Positions 20,270 to 31,037 of a DNA stretch of 64,000 bases are shown here, in pieces. Position 1 is the stretch's first letter, and every line of letters begins with the position of its first letter. Made by a program: the position numbers and the translations under genes. Location of the stretch: the NCBI GenBank assembly GCA_963555815.3, contig CAUVWX020000002.1:1-64000 (forward strand), given 5' to 3'. The notes beneath the pieces were generated by a model. It saw nothing but the letters and a program-made list of their open reading frames with translations. It made no database searches and was not told where the DNA came from. The stretch is from a bacterium. GTDB taxonomy: Bacteria; UBA8248; JACPRG01; G963555815.

Positions 20270-21541
20270 TTGGGCTTTGAGTGGCGGGTCGGGCTTCGCT
20301 ATTTGCGCTCGAAACGAAAGACGGGCTTTATCTCCTTCAGCACGTGGCTCTCGGCCCTCGGCGTCATGGTGGGGGTCATGGCCCTCGTCGTGGTGATTGG
20401 GGTGATGAGCGGATTCGAGCGGGAGCTGCGCACCAAGATCTTGGGAGCTAACGCCCATCTGGTGGTCTTGCACCAGGGGCGGGACGGACTGAAGGAATAC
20501 CGAGAGGTGGTGGAGAGTGTGAAAAGCGTCCCCCAGGTGGTCTCGGCGGCCCCCTTCATCTTCAGCCAGGTGATGCTCACTTCCGAGGACAACGTGGCGG
20601 GGGTAGTCATCCGCGGGGTGGACCCCTTTTTGGAGGGGAAGGTGACCAACCTCGGGGTGAATATGAGCCGCGGGAAGCTTGAGGATCTCAGTAAGCGTTT
20701 TATAGACGCGAACGGGGCCTCTCTTGGGGGCATCGCCATTGGCAGTGAGCTGTCGCGGACCCTCGGCGTGGGCTACGGCGGTGAAGTGACCGTGGTGTCC
20801 CCCCTGGGGCAGGCGACCGCTATCGGCATTGTGCCCAGGGCGAAGAAATTCCAGGTGGCGGGGATCTTTGACTCGGGGTTGTTTGAATATGACAACGGCC
20901 TCGCCTTCATCTCCCTTTCCGATGCCCAGGATTTCTTCCAGCTCGGGGACACCGTGACCGGGGTGGAGGTAAAGGTGGATGACATCTACAAGGTCCGGGA
21001 GATCGGGGAGGGGATCCAAGGCAAGCTCGGTCTGCCCTTCTGGACCCGGGACTGGATGTCACTGAACAGGAATCTCTTCGCGGCCCTCAAGCTGGAAAAG
21101 GTCACCATGTTCGTCATCCTGATCCTGATCATCCTGGTGGCGGCCTTCAACATCGTCGGCTCTATGGTGATGATGGTGATGGAAAAATCCAGAGACATCG
21201 CCATCTTGAAGTCTATGGGGGCGACCAACAGGGCCATCATGCGGCTATTCATGTTGGACGGGCTCATTATCGGAGCCCTGGGGACGGCGCTTGGCCTTGC
21301 CAGCGGGCTCGCGCTGGCCACTTATCTTGAGGCGATTGAGACCTTCGTGGAGACACAGTTTGGCCTTGAAATTTTGCCACCCAGCGTCTATTATATTGAC
21401 AAGCTCCCGGTGGAAATTCACCGGGTAGATGTGGCCATTATCTCGCTGACGGCCATCCTGCTCTCCATCCTGGCGACGCTCTATCCCGCGTGGAAGGCCT
21501 CCCGGGTGGACCCTGTCGAAGCCCTGCGCTATTATGAGTGA
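20270..21541 (+). CDS. Lipoprotein-releasing ABC permease LolC/E
   Basis: LRYLRSKR...VMSGFE, AAFNI, IAILKSMGA, LYPAWKASRVDPVEALRY. Confidence 0.93.
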   Translation: MGFEWRVGLRYLRSKRKTGFISFSTWLSALGVMVGVMALVVVIGVMSGFERELRTKILGANAHLVVLHQGRDGLKEYREVVESVKSVPQVVSAAPFIFSQVMLTSEDNVAGVVIRGVDPFLEGKVTNLGVNMSRGKLEDLSKRFIDANGASLGGIAIGSELSRTLGVGYGGEVTVVSPLGQATAIGIVPRAKKFQVAGIFDSGLFEYDNGLAFISLSDAQDFFQLGDTVTGVEVKVDDIYKVREIGEGIQGKLGLPFWTRDWMSLNRNLFAALKLEKVTMFVILILIILVAAFNIVGSMVMMVMEKSRDIAILKSMGATNRAIMRLFMLDGLIIGALGTALGLASGLALATYLEAIETFVETQFGLEILPPSVYYIDKLPVEIHRVDVAIISLTAILLSILATLYPAWKASRVDPVEALRYYE

Positions 21542-22244
21542 GGGGTCCGACAGGCGGGAAACGATGCCTCCCCTGTTGGAGGTGCGGGGTCTCTCCAAGA
21601 CTTTTCACAATGGGGGTCGGGAGATTCGGGTTCTTCAAGGGGCGGATTTCAGTGTCCAGCGCGCAGAGATGGTGGGGGTCATCGGGGCGTCTGGGGTGGG
21701 AAAGAGCACCCTGCTTCAGATTCTCGGGACGCTGGATCGGCCAACGGCTGGACAGGTCCTTTACGAGGGAGAGGACGTCTTCGCCCTAGATGAGAGGGCC
21801 CGGGCGAGATTTCGAAATCGGAAGGTCGGCTTCATTTTTCAATTTCACCATCTGCTCGCGGAGTTCAGTGCCTTGGAAAACACCATGATGCCCGCCCTCA
21901 TCGGTGGAACCCCTCGAGGATTGGCCCGGACCCGGGCGGCTCAGATCCTGAATGAGGTGGGGTTGGGGGAGCGAATGGATCACAAGCCGGGTGCCCTTTC
22001 GGGCGGTGAGAAACAGCGGGTGGCGGTGGCTCGGGCGGTCATGAACGCCCCGAAGATTGTCCTGGCGGACGAACCGACCGGCAACCTGGACAGCCGCACG
22101 GGGCAGACTGTGTTTGAGCTTCTTCGGAAAATCCATGACACCCATGGGGTTGCCTTTGTCGTCGTCACCCACAATCAGCACCTCGCTGATGAGATGGATC
22201 GGGTGGTGTGCATCACGGACGGCCGGATCGAGCTGCTGAACTGA
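21534..22244 (+). CDS. lolD: Lipoprotein-releasing ABC ATPase LolD
   Basis: [19 protein letters not shown] (LolD motif), [16 protein letters not shown]. Confidence 0.93.
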   Translation: MSEGSDRRETMPPLLEVRGLSKTFHNGGREIRVLQGADFSVQRAEMVGVIGASGVGKSTLLQILGTLDRPTAGQVLYEGEDVFALDERARARFRNRKVGFIFQFHHLLAEFSALENTMMPALIGGTPRGLARTRAAQILNEVGLGERMDHKPGALSGGEKQRVAVARAVMNAPKIVLADEPTGNLDSRTGQTVFELLRKIHDTHGVAFVVVTHNQHLADEMDRVVCITDGRIELLN

Positions 22245-22254
22245 GGAGAAGATC

Positions 22255-24696
22255 ATGTTCAAGAGGTTCACCGAGCGCGCCCGAAAAGTAATCATCCTTG
22301 CCCGCGAAGAGGCCGAACGCTACCACCACGAGTACTTGGGGACTGAGCACATCCTCCTCGGGGTCTTGCAGGACGGGGGCGGAATTGCCATCGCGGTCCT
22401 TCAGAAGGTGGGTATCGACGTCAAGCAGCTCAAGATGGAGGTGGAGCGTAACCTCCCCAAGAGCCTGACCAACCTGGTGGAGGGCGATATCCCCTTCACG
22501 CCCAAGGCCAAAAAGGTTCTGGAGTATGCCGTGGAAGAGGCCCGCCTCATGGGCCACAACTACATCGGGACCGAGCACCTCCTCTTGGGGATCATCCGGG
22601 AGAAGGACGGGCTGGCCTGTAAGATTCTGGCCAACCTGGGGGTCAAGCTCCAGCAGACCCGGGAGCAGACGTTGAACCTCCTTCGAGAGACCGTGCCCAG
22701 CCGCCCCAAGGAGAAGAGCAAGACGCCGGCCCTGGATGAGTTTGGCCGGGACTTGACGGAGTTGGCTTGCGAAGGAAAACTGGACCCCGTCATCGGCCGG
22801 GAGGATGAGATCAGCCGGGTCATCGAGATCCTCTCCAGGCGCACCAAGAATAACCCCGCCCTCATCGGGGAACCGGGGGTGGGAAAGACCGCCATCGTCG
22901 AGGGCCTCGCCCAGCGCATCGTTCAGAAAGACGTCCCCCAACTCCTCTATGACAGGCGGGTGGTGTGTCTGGACCTGGGTGCCCTGGTGGCGGGGACGAA
23001 GTACCGGGGGCAGTTTGAGGCCCGTTTGAAGGCCATCATGAAGGAGATCACGCAGTCGGGGAACGTCATCATCTTCATCGATGAGTTGCACACCCTGGTG
23101 GGGGCTGGGGCGGCGGAGGGGTCCATCGACGCCTCCAACATGCTGAAGCCCGCCCTCTCTCGGGGCGAGATTCAGTGCATCGGGGCCACCACCCTGGACG
23201 AGTACCGGAAATACATCGAGAAGAACGGGGCCCTGGAACGGCGCTTTCAGCCCATCATGGTGGACCCGCCAACGGTGGAGGAGACCATTGAAATCCTGCG
23301 CGGGCTCAAGGAGAGGTATGAGACCCACCATCGGGCCAAGTTTGCGGACGCCTCCATTGTGGCGGCGGTCCGTCTCTCACACCGCTACGTCTCCGACCGC
23401 TACCTCCCTGACAAGGCCATCGATGTCATCGATGAGACCGGCTCTCGCGTCCGGCTCCAGAAGGTCACCTATCCCCCCGAGATCCGTGACCTTCAGAGGA
23501 AGCTCGAGGAGATTGTTCGGCGGAAGAGGGGCCACATCGAAGACCAGGACTTCGAAGAGGCCGTTGGGCTCAGAGACAAGGAGGAAGAATATCGGGAACG
23601 CCTGGAGGTCCTCAAGCGCCAGTGGCAGGAGTCTCAAGAGGATGAAGAGCCCATCATCACCGAGGAGGACGTGGCCTACGTGGTCTCCCGCATGACGGGG
23701 ATCCCCCTCTCTAAGATCGAGGAGACCGAGACACATCGGCTGCTGAACATGGCAGAGGAGCTTCACGAGCGCATCGTGGGGCAGGACGAGGCCATCCAGG
23801 TGGTGACCCGGGCCATCCGCCGCTCTCGGGCTGGGCTCAAGGCGCCTCAGAAGCCCGTGGGCTCCTTCCTCTTTCTTGGCCCCACTGGGGTTGGAAAGAC
23901 AGAGCTGGCCCGCGCCCTGGCTGAGTTTCTTTTCGGAGACGAGTCGAGCCTCATCCGAGTGGACATGTCGGAATATATGGAACGCTTCAACGTCACCCGC
24001 CTGGTGGGGGCCCCGCCCGGCTATGTGGGCTACGAGGAAGGGGGGCAGTTGACGGAGCGGGTGCGCCGCAAGCCTTACTCCGTTGTCCTCCTGGACGAGA
24101 TCGAGAAGGCCCACCCCGATGTCTTCCACCTCCTGCTCCAGGTCATGGACGACGGACAGCTGACAGACAGCTACGGCCGGTTGGTGGATTTCCGAAACGT
24201 CGTCCTCATCATGACCTCCAACCTCAGTGGCCGGGACATCGAGCGCGTTCAGTCCCTGGGGTTCCAGAAGGACGAGGATCTCACCCGGATGGATCGGATC
24301 CGGGGGACCATGCGCACAGAGCTCAAGCGCACCTTTAACCCGGAGTTTCTGAACCGCCTGGACGCCAAGGTGATCTTCCACCCCCTGAACCGCGATCATA
24401 TCCTTCAGGTTTTGGATCTCATGATCGCCCGGCTGAACCAGCAGATGTCAGAGCAGGGCCTGCAGCTGGAGTTGGACTCGGAGGCCAAAGCGAAGCTGGC
24501 CGAACTGGGCTATGATCCGACCCTTGGGGCTCGGGAACTCAGGCGAACGATTCAGACCCACATCGAGGATCCCCTGTCCGAGGAAGTGCTGAAGGGCCGC
24601 TTCTCCGAGGAAGGCACCATCCAAGTGAGGTGGGAAGGCGAATCCTTCCTATTTGAGGAGAAGAAGACCCTCGTCGGCAATCTGGAAGACGCCTGA
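22255..24696 (+). CDS. clpC: ClpC AAA+ chaperone
   Basis: Duplicated Clp N domain, two Walker A motifs ([16 protein letters not shown]), UVR-type M domain, LGF ClpP-docking loop. Confidence 0.93.
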   Translation: MFKRFTERARKVIILAREEAERYHHEYLGTEHILLGVLQDGGGIAIAVLQKVGIDVKQLKMEVERNLPKSLTNLVEGDIPFTPKAKKVLEYAVEEARLMGHNYIGTEHLLLGIIREKDGLACKILANLGVKLQQTREQTLNLLRETVPSRPKEKSKTPALDEFGRDLTELACEGKLDPVIGREDEISRVIEILSRRTKNNPALIGEPGVGKTAIVEGLAQRIVQKDVPQLLYDRRVVCLDLGALVAGTKYRGQFEARLKAIMKEITQSGNVIIFIDELHTLVGAGAAEGSIDASNMLKPALSRGEIQCIGATTLDEYRKYIEKNGALERRFQPIMVDPPTVEETIEILRGLKERYETHHRAKFADASIVAAVRLSHRYVSDRYLPDKAIDVIDETGSRVRLQKVTYPPEIRDLQRKLEEIVRRKRGHIEDQDFEEAVGLRDKEEEYRERLEVLKRQWQESQEDEEPIITEEDVAYVVSRMTGIPLSKIEETETHRLLNMAEELHERIVGQDEAIQVVTRAIRRSRAGLKAPQKPVGSFLFLGPTGVGKTELARALAEFLFGDESSLIRVDMSEYMERFNVTRLVGAPPGYVGYEEGGQLTERVRRKPYSVVLLDEIEKAHPDVFHLLLQVMDDGQLTDSYGRLVDFRNVVLIMTSNLSGRDIERVQSLGFQKDEDLTRMDRIRGTMRTELKRTFNPEFLNRLDAKVIFHPLNRDHILQVLDLMIARLNQQMSEQGLQLELDSEAKAKLAELGYDPTLGARELRRTIQTHIEDPLSEEVLKGRFSEEGTIQVRWEGESFLFEEKKTLVGNLEDA

Positions 24697-24736
24697 ACAC
24701 TGGCCCCTGGCTGATATAGAGCGGAGATTAGAGGCC

Positions 24737-27004
24737 TTGAACAACCGCCAGGGCCGACTCAAGGCGTTAGGAATTCTGTGCTTCCTCCTTCTCTTTGCCT
24801 CCCCGGCCTTCGATCAACAGCCTACTATCCGGGTCAAAGCCATTGAAATCCAGGGCCAGCGGCGCGTCGAAGAGTCCACCATTCGCTTCTACATTGGCAC
24901 CCGGGTGGGGGACCCCTTCTCCGTCTCTCGGCTCCGCGACGACATCAAGAAGATCTACGACCTTGGCTTCTTTCGCGACGTTAAGGTGGATGTGGATTCC
25001 TTTGAGGGGGGGTTGCGCGTCGTCTTCATCGTGGAGGAAGAACCCACCGTCGCCGCCGTTCGCATCACGGGCAACTCAGAGGTCAAGGATGAAGATCTGA
25101 GAGAGAAGACGACAGTGGCGGTCCAATCGATTCTCAACCCCGACACCATCACGGAAACTGTCCAAAACATGCGGAGTCTCTATCAGCAGGAGGGGTACTA
25201 TTTTGTCCGCGTCGAATCCATCGTGGAGGAGACGACGGCGAACCAGGTGAATGTGGAGTTTCGGATCACGGAGGGACAGAAGGTTACCATCGTCGATATT
25301 GACTTCGAGGGCAACCAGACCTTCAGTGACAAGAAACTGAAGCGGCGGATACAGACGAAGGAACGCTGGTTCCTCTCTTTTCTCACAGAGTCCGACATCT
25401 ACCGAGAGGACCAAATCCTGACTGACACCTTGAGGCTTCAAGCCTTCTATCAGGATGAGGGGTATTTGAGGGTCCAGGTGGGAGAGCCCCGTATTGAGGA
25501 GGACCGTGCCAAAAACGAGCTTCAGCTCGTGATCCCTATCCAGGAAGGGGCTCAGTACAGTGTGGGCTCTCTCCGGGCAGAGGGGGACGACATTTTCTCC
25601 GCGGAAGAGATTCAAAGTCGTCTCACCCTCGAGGCGGGAGAAACCTACGTCCGGTCGAGCCTTCAGCGGGACATCGTGGATCTGACGGAACTCTACGCGG
25701 CGAGGGGCCACCCCTTTGCCGACGTCATCCCCACCACCGATGTGGACGACGAGGCGCGCGAAGTCCATATCCTCATCACCCCCCGCAAGGGGCGAAGGGT
25801 CTTCGTGGGCCAGGTCGTCATCCGGGGGAACGACTTCACCCGGGACAAGATCGTCCGAAGGCAGGTGAGACTGCAAGAAGGGGCCCTCTATGATGGGCAG
25901 CAACTCCAGAACACTCGTCGGCGGATCAACAATCTCGGCTTCTTCGAGGAGGTCAAGATCGAGACCAAGCGCGGGGCCTCCGAAGACCTTCTGGATGTCG
26001 ATATCGAGTTGAAGGAGAAGCCGACGGGGGCCGTCAGCGGCGGCTTGGGCTTTAGCAGCCAGGCCAAGTTGATCATCTTCGGAGAGATCCGCGAAACTAA
26101 CCTCTTTGGGAGGGGCCAGGCGCTCGCCCTTCGGCTGAGCACTTCCGCCATCGACACAACGGGGTCGCTCTCTTTCACCGAGCCCAGTTTCTTTGACACC
26201 AACTTCTCCTTTTTCGCAACCGCCTTTGCCCAGTCCGAGGAATTTGAAGGCTTTGATCGAGACCGCCTGGGCGGTGGCACGGGTTTCGGTCGGAGCTTTG
26301 GAGAGAACATCTTCGGCCGTCTCCTATATCAGTTGGAATTCAATGACATTTTCAACCTTGAGGACAACGTTATTCTCGACATCGAGGACCAGGAAGGTGA
26401 GACGACGACCAGCAGCATCTTCTCCTCTCTGGTCCGAGACACTACGGACAATCGTTTTCGGCCAACTAAGGGGGCGATCAGCACTGTGCGAGGGCAGGTC
26501 GCTGGGAGGGCCTATGGAAGCGACAATAATTTCTACAGTATCATCCTCGAGCACCGCCAGTTCTTTCCTCTTCTGACGAAGCGGGTGATCTTCATGGGCC
26601 GGGGACAGATCGGATATACCGACGGATTCGGGGGCGATGAGCTTCCCGTCTTTGAGCGTCTCTTTTTGGGGGGTTCCAGGACGGTCCGGGGGTTCGATTT
26701 CCGAGAGGTGGGACCGAAGGACGATGAGGGCAGGCCCATTGGAGGAAGCGCCTCTCTCTTGTTCAACTTTGAACTCCAGTTTCCCTTTGCCGCTGGGTTT
26801 CGGGCCGTGGCTTTCTTTGACACGGGCCAGATCTACGAGCAGTCTGGGATCTACAACCTGGGAGAGCTCAGGGAGAGCGCCGGGGTGGGTATCAGGGTCC
26901 TCACCCCCCTGGGCCCTGTCTCCCTCGACTGGGGCTACAAGCTGGACCGCCAGTCAGAGGAGGATGCGAGCGAGTTGCACTTCGCCATTGGGCGACAATT
27001 CTGA
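24737..27004 (+). CDS. bamA: Outer membrane assembly factor BamA
   Basis: Signal peptide after TTG 24737, POTRA repeats, VRGF motif, C-terminal beta-signal ending in F. Confidence 0.94.
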   Translation: MNNRQGRLKALGILCFLLLFASPAFDQQPTIRVKAIEIQGQRRVEESTIRFYIGTRVGDPFSVSRLRDDIKKIYDLGFFRDVKVDVDSFEGGLRVVFIVEEEPTVAAVRITGNSEVKDEDLREKTTVAVQSILNPDTITETVQNMRSLYQQEGYYFVRVESIVEETTANQVNVEFRITEGQKVTIVDIDFEGNQTFSDKKLKRRIQTKERWFLSFLTESDIYREDQILTDTLRLQAFYQDEGYLRVQVGEPRIEEDRAKNELQLVIPIQEGAQYSVGSLRAEGDDIFSAEEIQSRLTLEAGETYVRSSLQRDIVDLTELYAARGHPFADVIPTTDVDDEAREVHILITPRKGRRVFVGQVVIRGNDFTRDKIVRRQVRLQEGALYDGQQLQNTRRRINNLGFFEEVKIETKRGASEDLLDVDIELKEKPTGAVSGGLGFSSQAKLIIFGEIRETNLFGRGQALALRLSTSAIDTTGSLSFTEPSFFDTNFSFFATAFAQSEEFEGFDRDRLGGGTGFGRSFGENIFGRLLYQLEFNDIFNLEDNVILDIEDQEGETTTSSIFSSLVRDTTDNRFRPTKGAISTVRGQVAGRAYGSDNNFYSIILEHRQFFPLLTKRVIFMGRGQIGYTDGFGGDELPVFERLFLGGSRTVRGFDFREVGPKDDEGRPIGGSASLLFNFELQFPFAAGFRAVAFFDTGQIYEQSGIYNLGELRESAGVGIRVLTPLGPVSLDWGYKLDRQSEEDASELHFAIGRQF

Positions 27005-27017
27005 GGGGACATTCACG

Positions 27018-27596
27018 ATGAGTGGAAAGAAGAGATTGTGGTGGAGCATGGTCTTGGGGGTTGTCCTCACCGCACTACTGCTCGTCGGACCCGTTCAGGT
27101 CTCCTCACAGGAGATGAAGGTGGGGGTTGTAGATCTCCTGCGGGCCCTCAGGGAGTCTGAGGCGGGGAAGGTCGCCTCGGAGTCTTTGAGCGAATCGGGC
27201 AGGGAATTTCAAACGGATCTCCAATCGAAAGGCCTTTCTGTGGGGGAACAAGAAGAAGCCCTGAGACAGCAGGCCGCCGAGTTCCAGCAAAAGCGTCTTC
27301 TCTACAGTGAAGACGTTCAGAGGGAGAGGGAGGAGGAACTGCTTCGCCGGCAGCGGGAGGTTCAGCGTCTCAAGGAGGATACGGTCCGACTTCAAAGAGA
27401 CGCCGAGTCGGATTTTCGCCTCCAGGAGAACCGCCTGCGCGACCAGATTCTGGAGGAGATCATGGACGTGATCCTGGAGATCGGTCAACGGGAGAAGTTC
27501 ACCCTCATCATCGAACGTAGCCAGGTTCTCTTCTTCGATGGCGAACAACTGGACCTGACAGACCAGGTCATTCAAGAGTACGACAAGACGAAGTGA
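27018..27596 (+). CDS. skp: Periplasmic chaperone Skp/OmpH
   Basis: Signal peptide, KVGVVDL, long coiled coil, DLTDQVI; ATG 27018. Confidence 0.88.
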   Translation: MSGKKRLWWSMVLGVVLTALLLVGPVQVSSQEMKVGVVDLLRALRESEAGKVASESLSESGREFQTDLQSKGLSVGEQEEALRQQAAEFQQKRLLYSEDVQREREEELLRRQREVQRLKEDTVRLQRDAESDFRLQENRLRDQILEEIMDVILEIGQREKFTLIIERSQVLFFDGEQLDLTDQVIQEYDKTK

Positions 27597-28636
27597 TGAA
27601 GGACACTCCCACTCCCCTCTCTCTTCGTGCCGTCGCCGATCGCGTGGGCGGGCGTCTGGAGGGGCCAGAGGACCAGGTCGTCCGCGGCGTCTCGGACCTC
27701 GCAGGGGCCGGTCCGGAGGACGTCTCCTTTGTGGCCGTGGCCAAATGGCTTGGAGATCTGGCCGGCTCCAGGGCTGGGGCCCTTCTGGTCGGAGGCGATC
27801 TTAAAGTGGATCGGCCAGCCATTCGGGTCAAGGACACCTACTCGGCCATCATCGACCTCATCGAGTATTTCCACCCGCCAAGGACCCTGGCGCCCGGGTT
27901 GAGCGAGCGGGCGGTTCTAGGGGAGAATGTCCGGATCGGGCGGGACGTCACCCTTGCCCCTTACGTGGTGTTGGAGGACGGCGTGGAGGTGGGCGATGGG
28001 GCGGCCCTCTACCCGGGGGTCTTTGTGGGCCGGGGCAGCCGGATCGGTCCGGGGGCCGTCGTCTACAGCAACGTCAGTATCTACTGGGGGGTGGAGATTG
28101 GGGCCCGGGTCATCATTCACAGCGGCACCACCATTGGTAGCGATGGCTATGGATATCGACCCCAGCCCGATGGGACCCACCGTAAGTTTCCCCAGGTCGG
28201 CAGCGTGGTGGTGGAGGACGAGGTGGAGATCGGTGCCAACGTGACCATCGACCGCGCGGCCCTTGGCGTCACCCGGATCGGACGTGGGACCAAAGTGGAC
28301 AATTTGGTCCACATCGCTCATAACGTAGAGATTGGCCCAAACTGTCTCCTCCTCGGTCAGGTGGGGATCGCCGGCAGCTGCTCCCTGGGCGAAGGCGTGA
28401 CCCTGGGAGGACAGGTGGGGGTCGGCGAGCGGGTCCGAGTCGGAGATCGGTCCACCGTCACTTCCGGGGGAGGGGTTCTCGAGGACCTCCCCGGCGGGAA
28501 GGTCTATACTGGATATCCTGTGCTCCCCCACGTGGAGCAAGGCCGGCTCCAGGTGAGCCTGAAACGCCTGCCTGGGCTTTTCAAGACGGTCCGGGGGCTT
28601 TTGGCCCGGGTTGAGTCCCTCGAGCGGAATCGTTGA
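27596..28636 (+). CDS. lpxD: UDP-3-O-acylglucosamine N-acyltransferase
   Basis: Hexapeptide repeats, IGSDGYGY, IGANVTIDR, DNLVHIAHNV. Confidence 0.94.
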   Translation: MKDTPTPLSLRAVADRVGGRLEGPEDQVVRGVSDLAGAGPEDVSFVAVAKWLGDLAGSRAGALLVGGDLKVDRPAIRVKDTYSAIIDLIEYFHPPRTLAPGLSERAVLGENVRIGRDVTLAPYVVLEDGVEVGDGAALYPGVFVGRGSRIGPGAVVYSNVSIYWGVEIGARVIIHSGTTIGSDGYGYRPQPDGTHRKFPQVGSVVVEDEVEIGANVTIDRAALGVTRIGRGTKVDNLVHIAHNVEIGPNCLLLGQVGIAGSCSLGEGVTLGGQVGVGERVRVGDRSTVTSGGGVLEDLPGGKVYTGYPVLPHVEQGRLQVSLKRLPGLFKTVRGLLARVESLERNR

Positions 28637-29088
28637 TGGGTGAAGCCCTAGACCGAGAGACCATCGAGGGCCTGGTCGCCCTTCTCCCACACCGATATCC
28701 TTTCCTACTGGTCGATCGGGTCCTGGAAATTCAGCCCGACGAGCGCATCGTGGGGCTCAAGAACGTCACCCGTAACGAACATTTTTTTCAGGGCCACTTC
28801 CCAGGTTATCCCGTGATGCCTGGGGTTCTCATCATCGAGACCATGATCCAGGTGGCCGGGATCCTGGCGGCGCACTCCACAAACAAGGGTGATCGGGTTT
28901 CCTTCTTCACAGGCATTGACCGGGCCCGCTTTCGCCAGCAGGTGCTCCCGGGAGACCAGCTTCGGATCGAGGTGGATGTCCTCAGACATGGGGATCGTTT
29001 CTGGCGCTTCAAGGCGGTGGCCATGGTGGACGGAAAGGTGGCGGCGGAGGCCGATCTCCAGGCTATCATTGCTCCCGAACTGCCCTGA
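28636..29088 (+). CDS. fabZ: 3-hydroxyacyl-ACP dehydratase
   Basis: LPHRYPFLLVDR, FQGHFPGYPVMPGVLIIE. Confidence 0.96.
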   Translation: MGEALDRETIEGLVALLPHRYPFLLVDRVLEIQPDERIVGLKNVTRNEHFFQGHFPGYPVMPGVLIIETMIQVAGILAAHSTNKGDRVSFFTGIDRARFRQQVLPGDQLRIEVDVLRHGDRFWRFKAVAMVDGKVAAEADLQAIIAPELP

Positions 29089-29099
29089 GTTGGACTCCC

Positions 29100-29876
29100 G
29101 TGGACCTTGTCATACACCCAACAGCCGTTGTTTCCTCTGAGGCCAACCTCGCCGAAGAGGTGGAGGTGGGTCCCTATGTGGTGATTGGGGCGGAAGTCTC
29201 TCTCGGGCGGGGCACCCGGGTGGGCCCTCACGCCGTGATTGACGGCTGGACGACAGTGGGTGAAGGGTGTAGGATTGGCGCCGGCGTTGTCATTGGGACC
29301 CCACCTCAGGACGCGGATTATCGGGGTGAGCGCTCGTATGTCCAAATCGGGAATGAAAGCGTCATTCGCGAGTATGTGACCATCCATCGTGCCACCGGGG
29401 AGGAGGAAGTGACCCGAATTGGCAACGAGACCTATCTTATGGCCTATTCCCATGTGGGTCATAACTGCAGGGTCGGCGACGGCGTCATCCTGTCGAATTA
29501 CGTGGGCCTCTCGGGCCATGCCGAGGTAGAGGAAAAAGCCGTTCTCTCGGGATACGTGGGGCTCCACCAGTTCGTCAAGATTGGGACCCTCTCCCTAGTG
29601 GGGGGCTTCTCGGGCATTCGAAAGGATGTCCCTCCCTATACCATCGTGGAGGGGCGCCCTCCCCGGGTCCGGGGGTTGAATACCGTCGGTCTGCGCCGAG
29701 ACGGGGTCTCTGCGCAGGCGAGGGGCGCCCTCAAGACCGCCCTTCACTTCCTTTTGGAATCCAATCTCACCGTCGAGGAAGCCGTGGGGCAAATTCGGCA
29801 AGAAGTTCCTCGAGGCCCGGAGGTTGATCACCTGGTAGAATTCATGGAGCGGTCAAAGCGCGGGATCCATCGCTGA
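29100..29876 (+). CDS. lpxA: Acyl-ACP:UDP-GlcNAc(3N) acyltransferase
   Basis: IHPTAVV, IREYVTIHR, MAYSHVGHNC, HQF, DVPPY. Confidence 0.94.
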   Translation: MDLVIHPTAVVSSEANLAEEVEVGPYVVIGAEVSLGRGTRVGPHAVIDGWTTVGEGCRIGAGVVIGTPPQDADYRGERSYVQIGNESVIREYVTIHRATGEEEVTRIGNETYLMAYSHVGHNCRVGDGVILSNYVGLSGHAEVEEKAVLSGYVGLHQFVKIGTLSLVGGFSGIRKDVPPYTIVEGRPPRVRGLNTVGLRRDGVSAQARGALKTALHFLLESNLTVEEAVGQIRQEVPRGPEVDHLVEFMERSKRGIHR

Positions 29877-29899
29877 GGCCGACGGGGGATAACTGAGGC

Positions 29900-30880
29900 A
29901 TGAATTCGGGAACAAGGATACGGGCGGGAGTAGTCGGGGTAGGCCACATGGGGTGTTACCACGTGGGGGTCTACTCTGATCTCCCTGAGGTGGATCTGGT
30001 GTCGGTGGTGGATCTCGACGGAGACCGTGCCCGGGCCGTCGCTAAACAGTATGAGACCCAGGTCGCCACGGATTACCGGGAGATCATGGACCAAGTCGAT
30101 GTCGTGAGCGTCGCCGTTCCGACTCATCTTCACTTCCAAGTGGCCCGGGACTTCCTTGAGGCGGGGGTCCACGTCCTCCTGGAGAAACCCGCCGCCCCCA
30201 CCCTGGCTGAGGCCGAGACCCTCTTTAAGCTTGCCCGGCGAAAGGGCCGCGTGCTTCAGATCGGCCATGTAGAGAGATTCAACGGGGCCGTCCAAGAGCT
30301 GAATAAGATCGTTCGAGACCCCATCCTCATCGACTGTCGGCGGATGGGGCCCTTTGAGCCTCGGGTGCAAGCAGATGGGGTGGTCCTTGACCTCATGATC
30401 CATGACCTGGACATTGTCCTCAGTTTGGTGAACGCGCCCGTCCGAAGCTGCCATGCGACGGGGACGAGGGTGTTTTCGTCGCGGGAGGACGTGGCCATCG
30501 TTTCTCTCACCTTCGAGACCGGCTGCATCGCCGTCCTGACGGCCAGCCGGGCTACGCAGGAGAAGATTCGAACGCTCTCCGTCACGCAGAAGGACGCCTA
30601 CATCGTGCTGGATTATGCCAACCAGGACATCCATATCCACCGGCAGGCCTCCTCCGAGCACGTCCTGACCCATGAAGAACTCCGCTATAAGCAGGGGTCC
30701 CTCATCGAACGCATCTTTGTGCATAAGGACAATCCTCTGAAGCTGGAGATCCGTGCTCTCCTCCACTCCGCTGCCAACGGCCTCGGGTCTAACGCCTCCT
30801 ATGACGGAGAGCTCCTCTCCCTTAAGTTGGCCCTCCAGATCCTATCTAAGCTGGAGGACCAAGGGGTGGCCCCGCCCTGA
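29900..30880 (+). CDS. Gfo/Idh/MocA oxidoreductase, probable GnnA (UDP-GlcNAc 3-dehydrogenase)
   Basis: GVGHMG Rossmann fold, EKP, GHVERFN, DLMIHDLD; directly after lpxA. Confidence 0.8.
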   Translation: MNSGTRIRAGVVGVGHMGCYHVGVYSDLPEVDLVSVVDLDGDRARAVAKQYETQVATDYREIMDQVDVVSVAVPTHLHFQVARDFLEAGVHVLLEKPAAPTLAEAETLFKLARRKGRVLQIGHVERFNGAVQELNKIVRDPILIDCRRMGPFEPRVQADGVVLDLMIHDLDIVLSLVNAPVRSCHATGTRVFSSREDVAIVSLTFETGCIAVLTASRATQEKIRTLSVTQKDAYIVLDYANQDIHIHRQASSEHVLTHEELRYKQGSLIERIFVHKDNPLKLEIRALLHSAANGLGSNASYDGELLSLKLALQILSKLEDQGVAPP

Positions 30881-31037
30881 GGAGGGGAGACAGGCGGCCC
30901 CGATTGCCATACATCTGCGACGCTCACCTCATGCAGATCCCGGTCTTAGACCTTTCTTCTTTCCCGATGAAGAAAAAGACACATCGGCCTCACGACCTTC
31001 TTCGTAGTCGTCTGAGAGTCGGCCAGAGGGTGCATTG

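Noticed and set aside
18627..24399. Long antisense ORFs (404, 251, 372, 340 aa) and similar ones over rhlE, E1 and the dcw genes
   Set aside because: Shadow ORFs caused by high GC3 in well-supported genes; no recognisable motifs.
24737..24830. Defective BamA signal peptide (AFD instead of AFA)
   Set aside because: An alternative S-P-A cleavage site just upstream satisfies the signal peptidase I rule.
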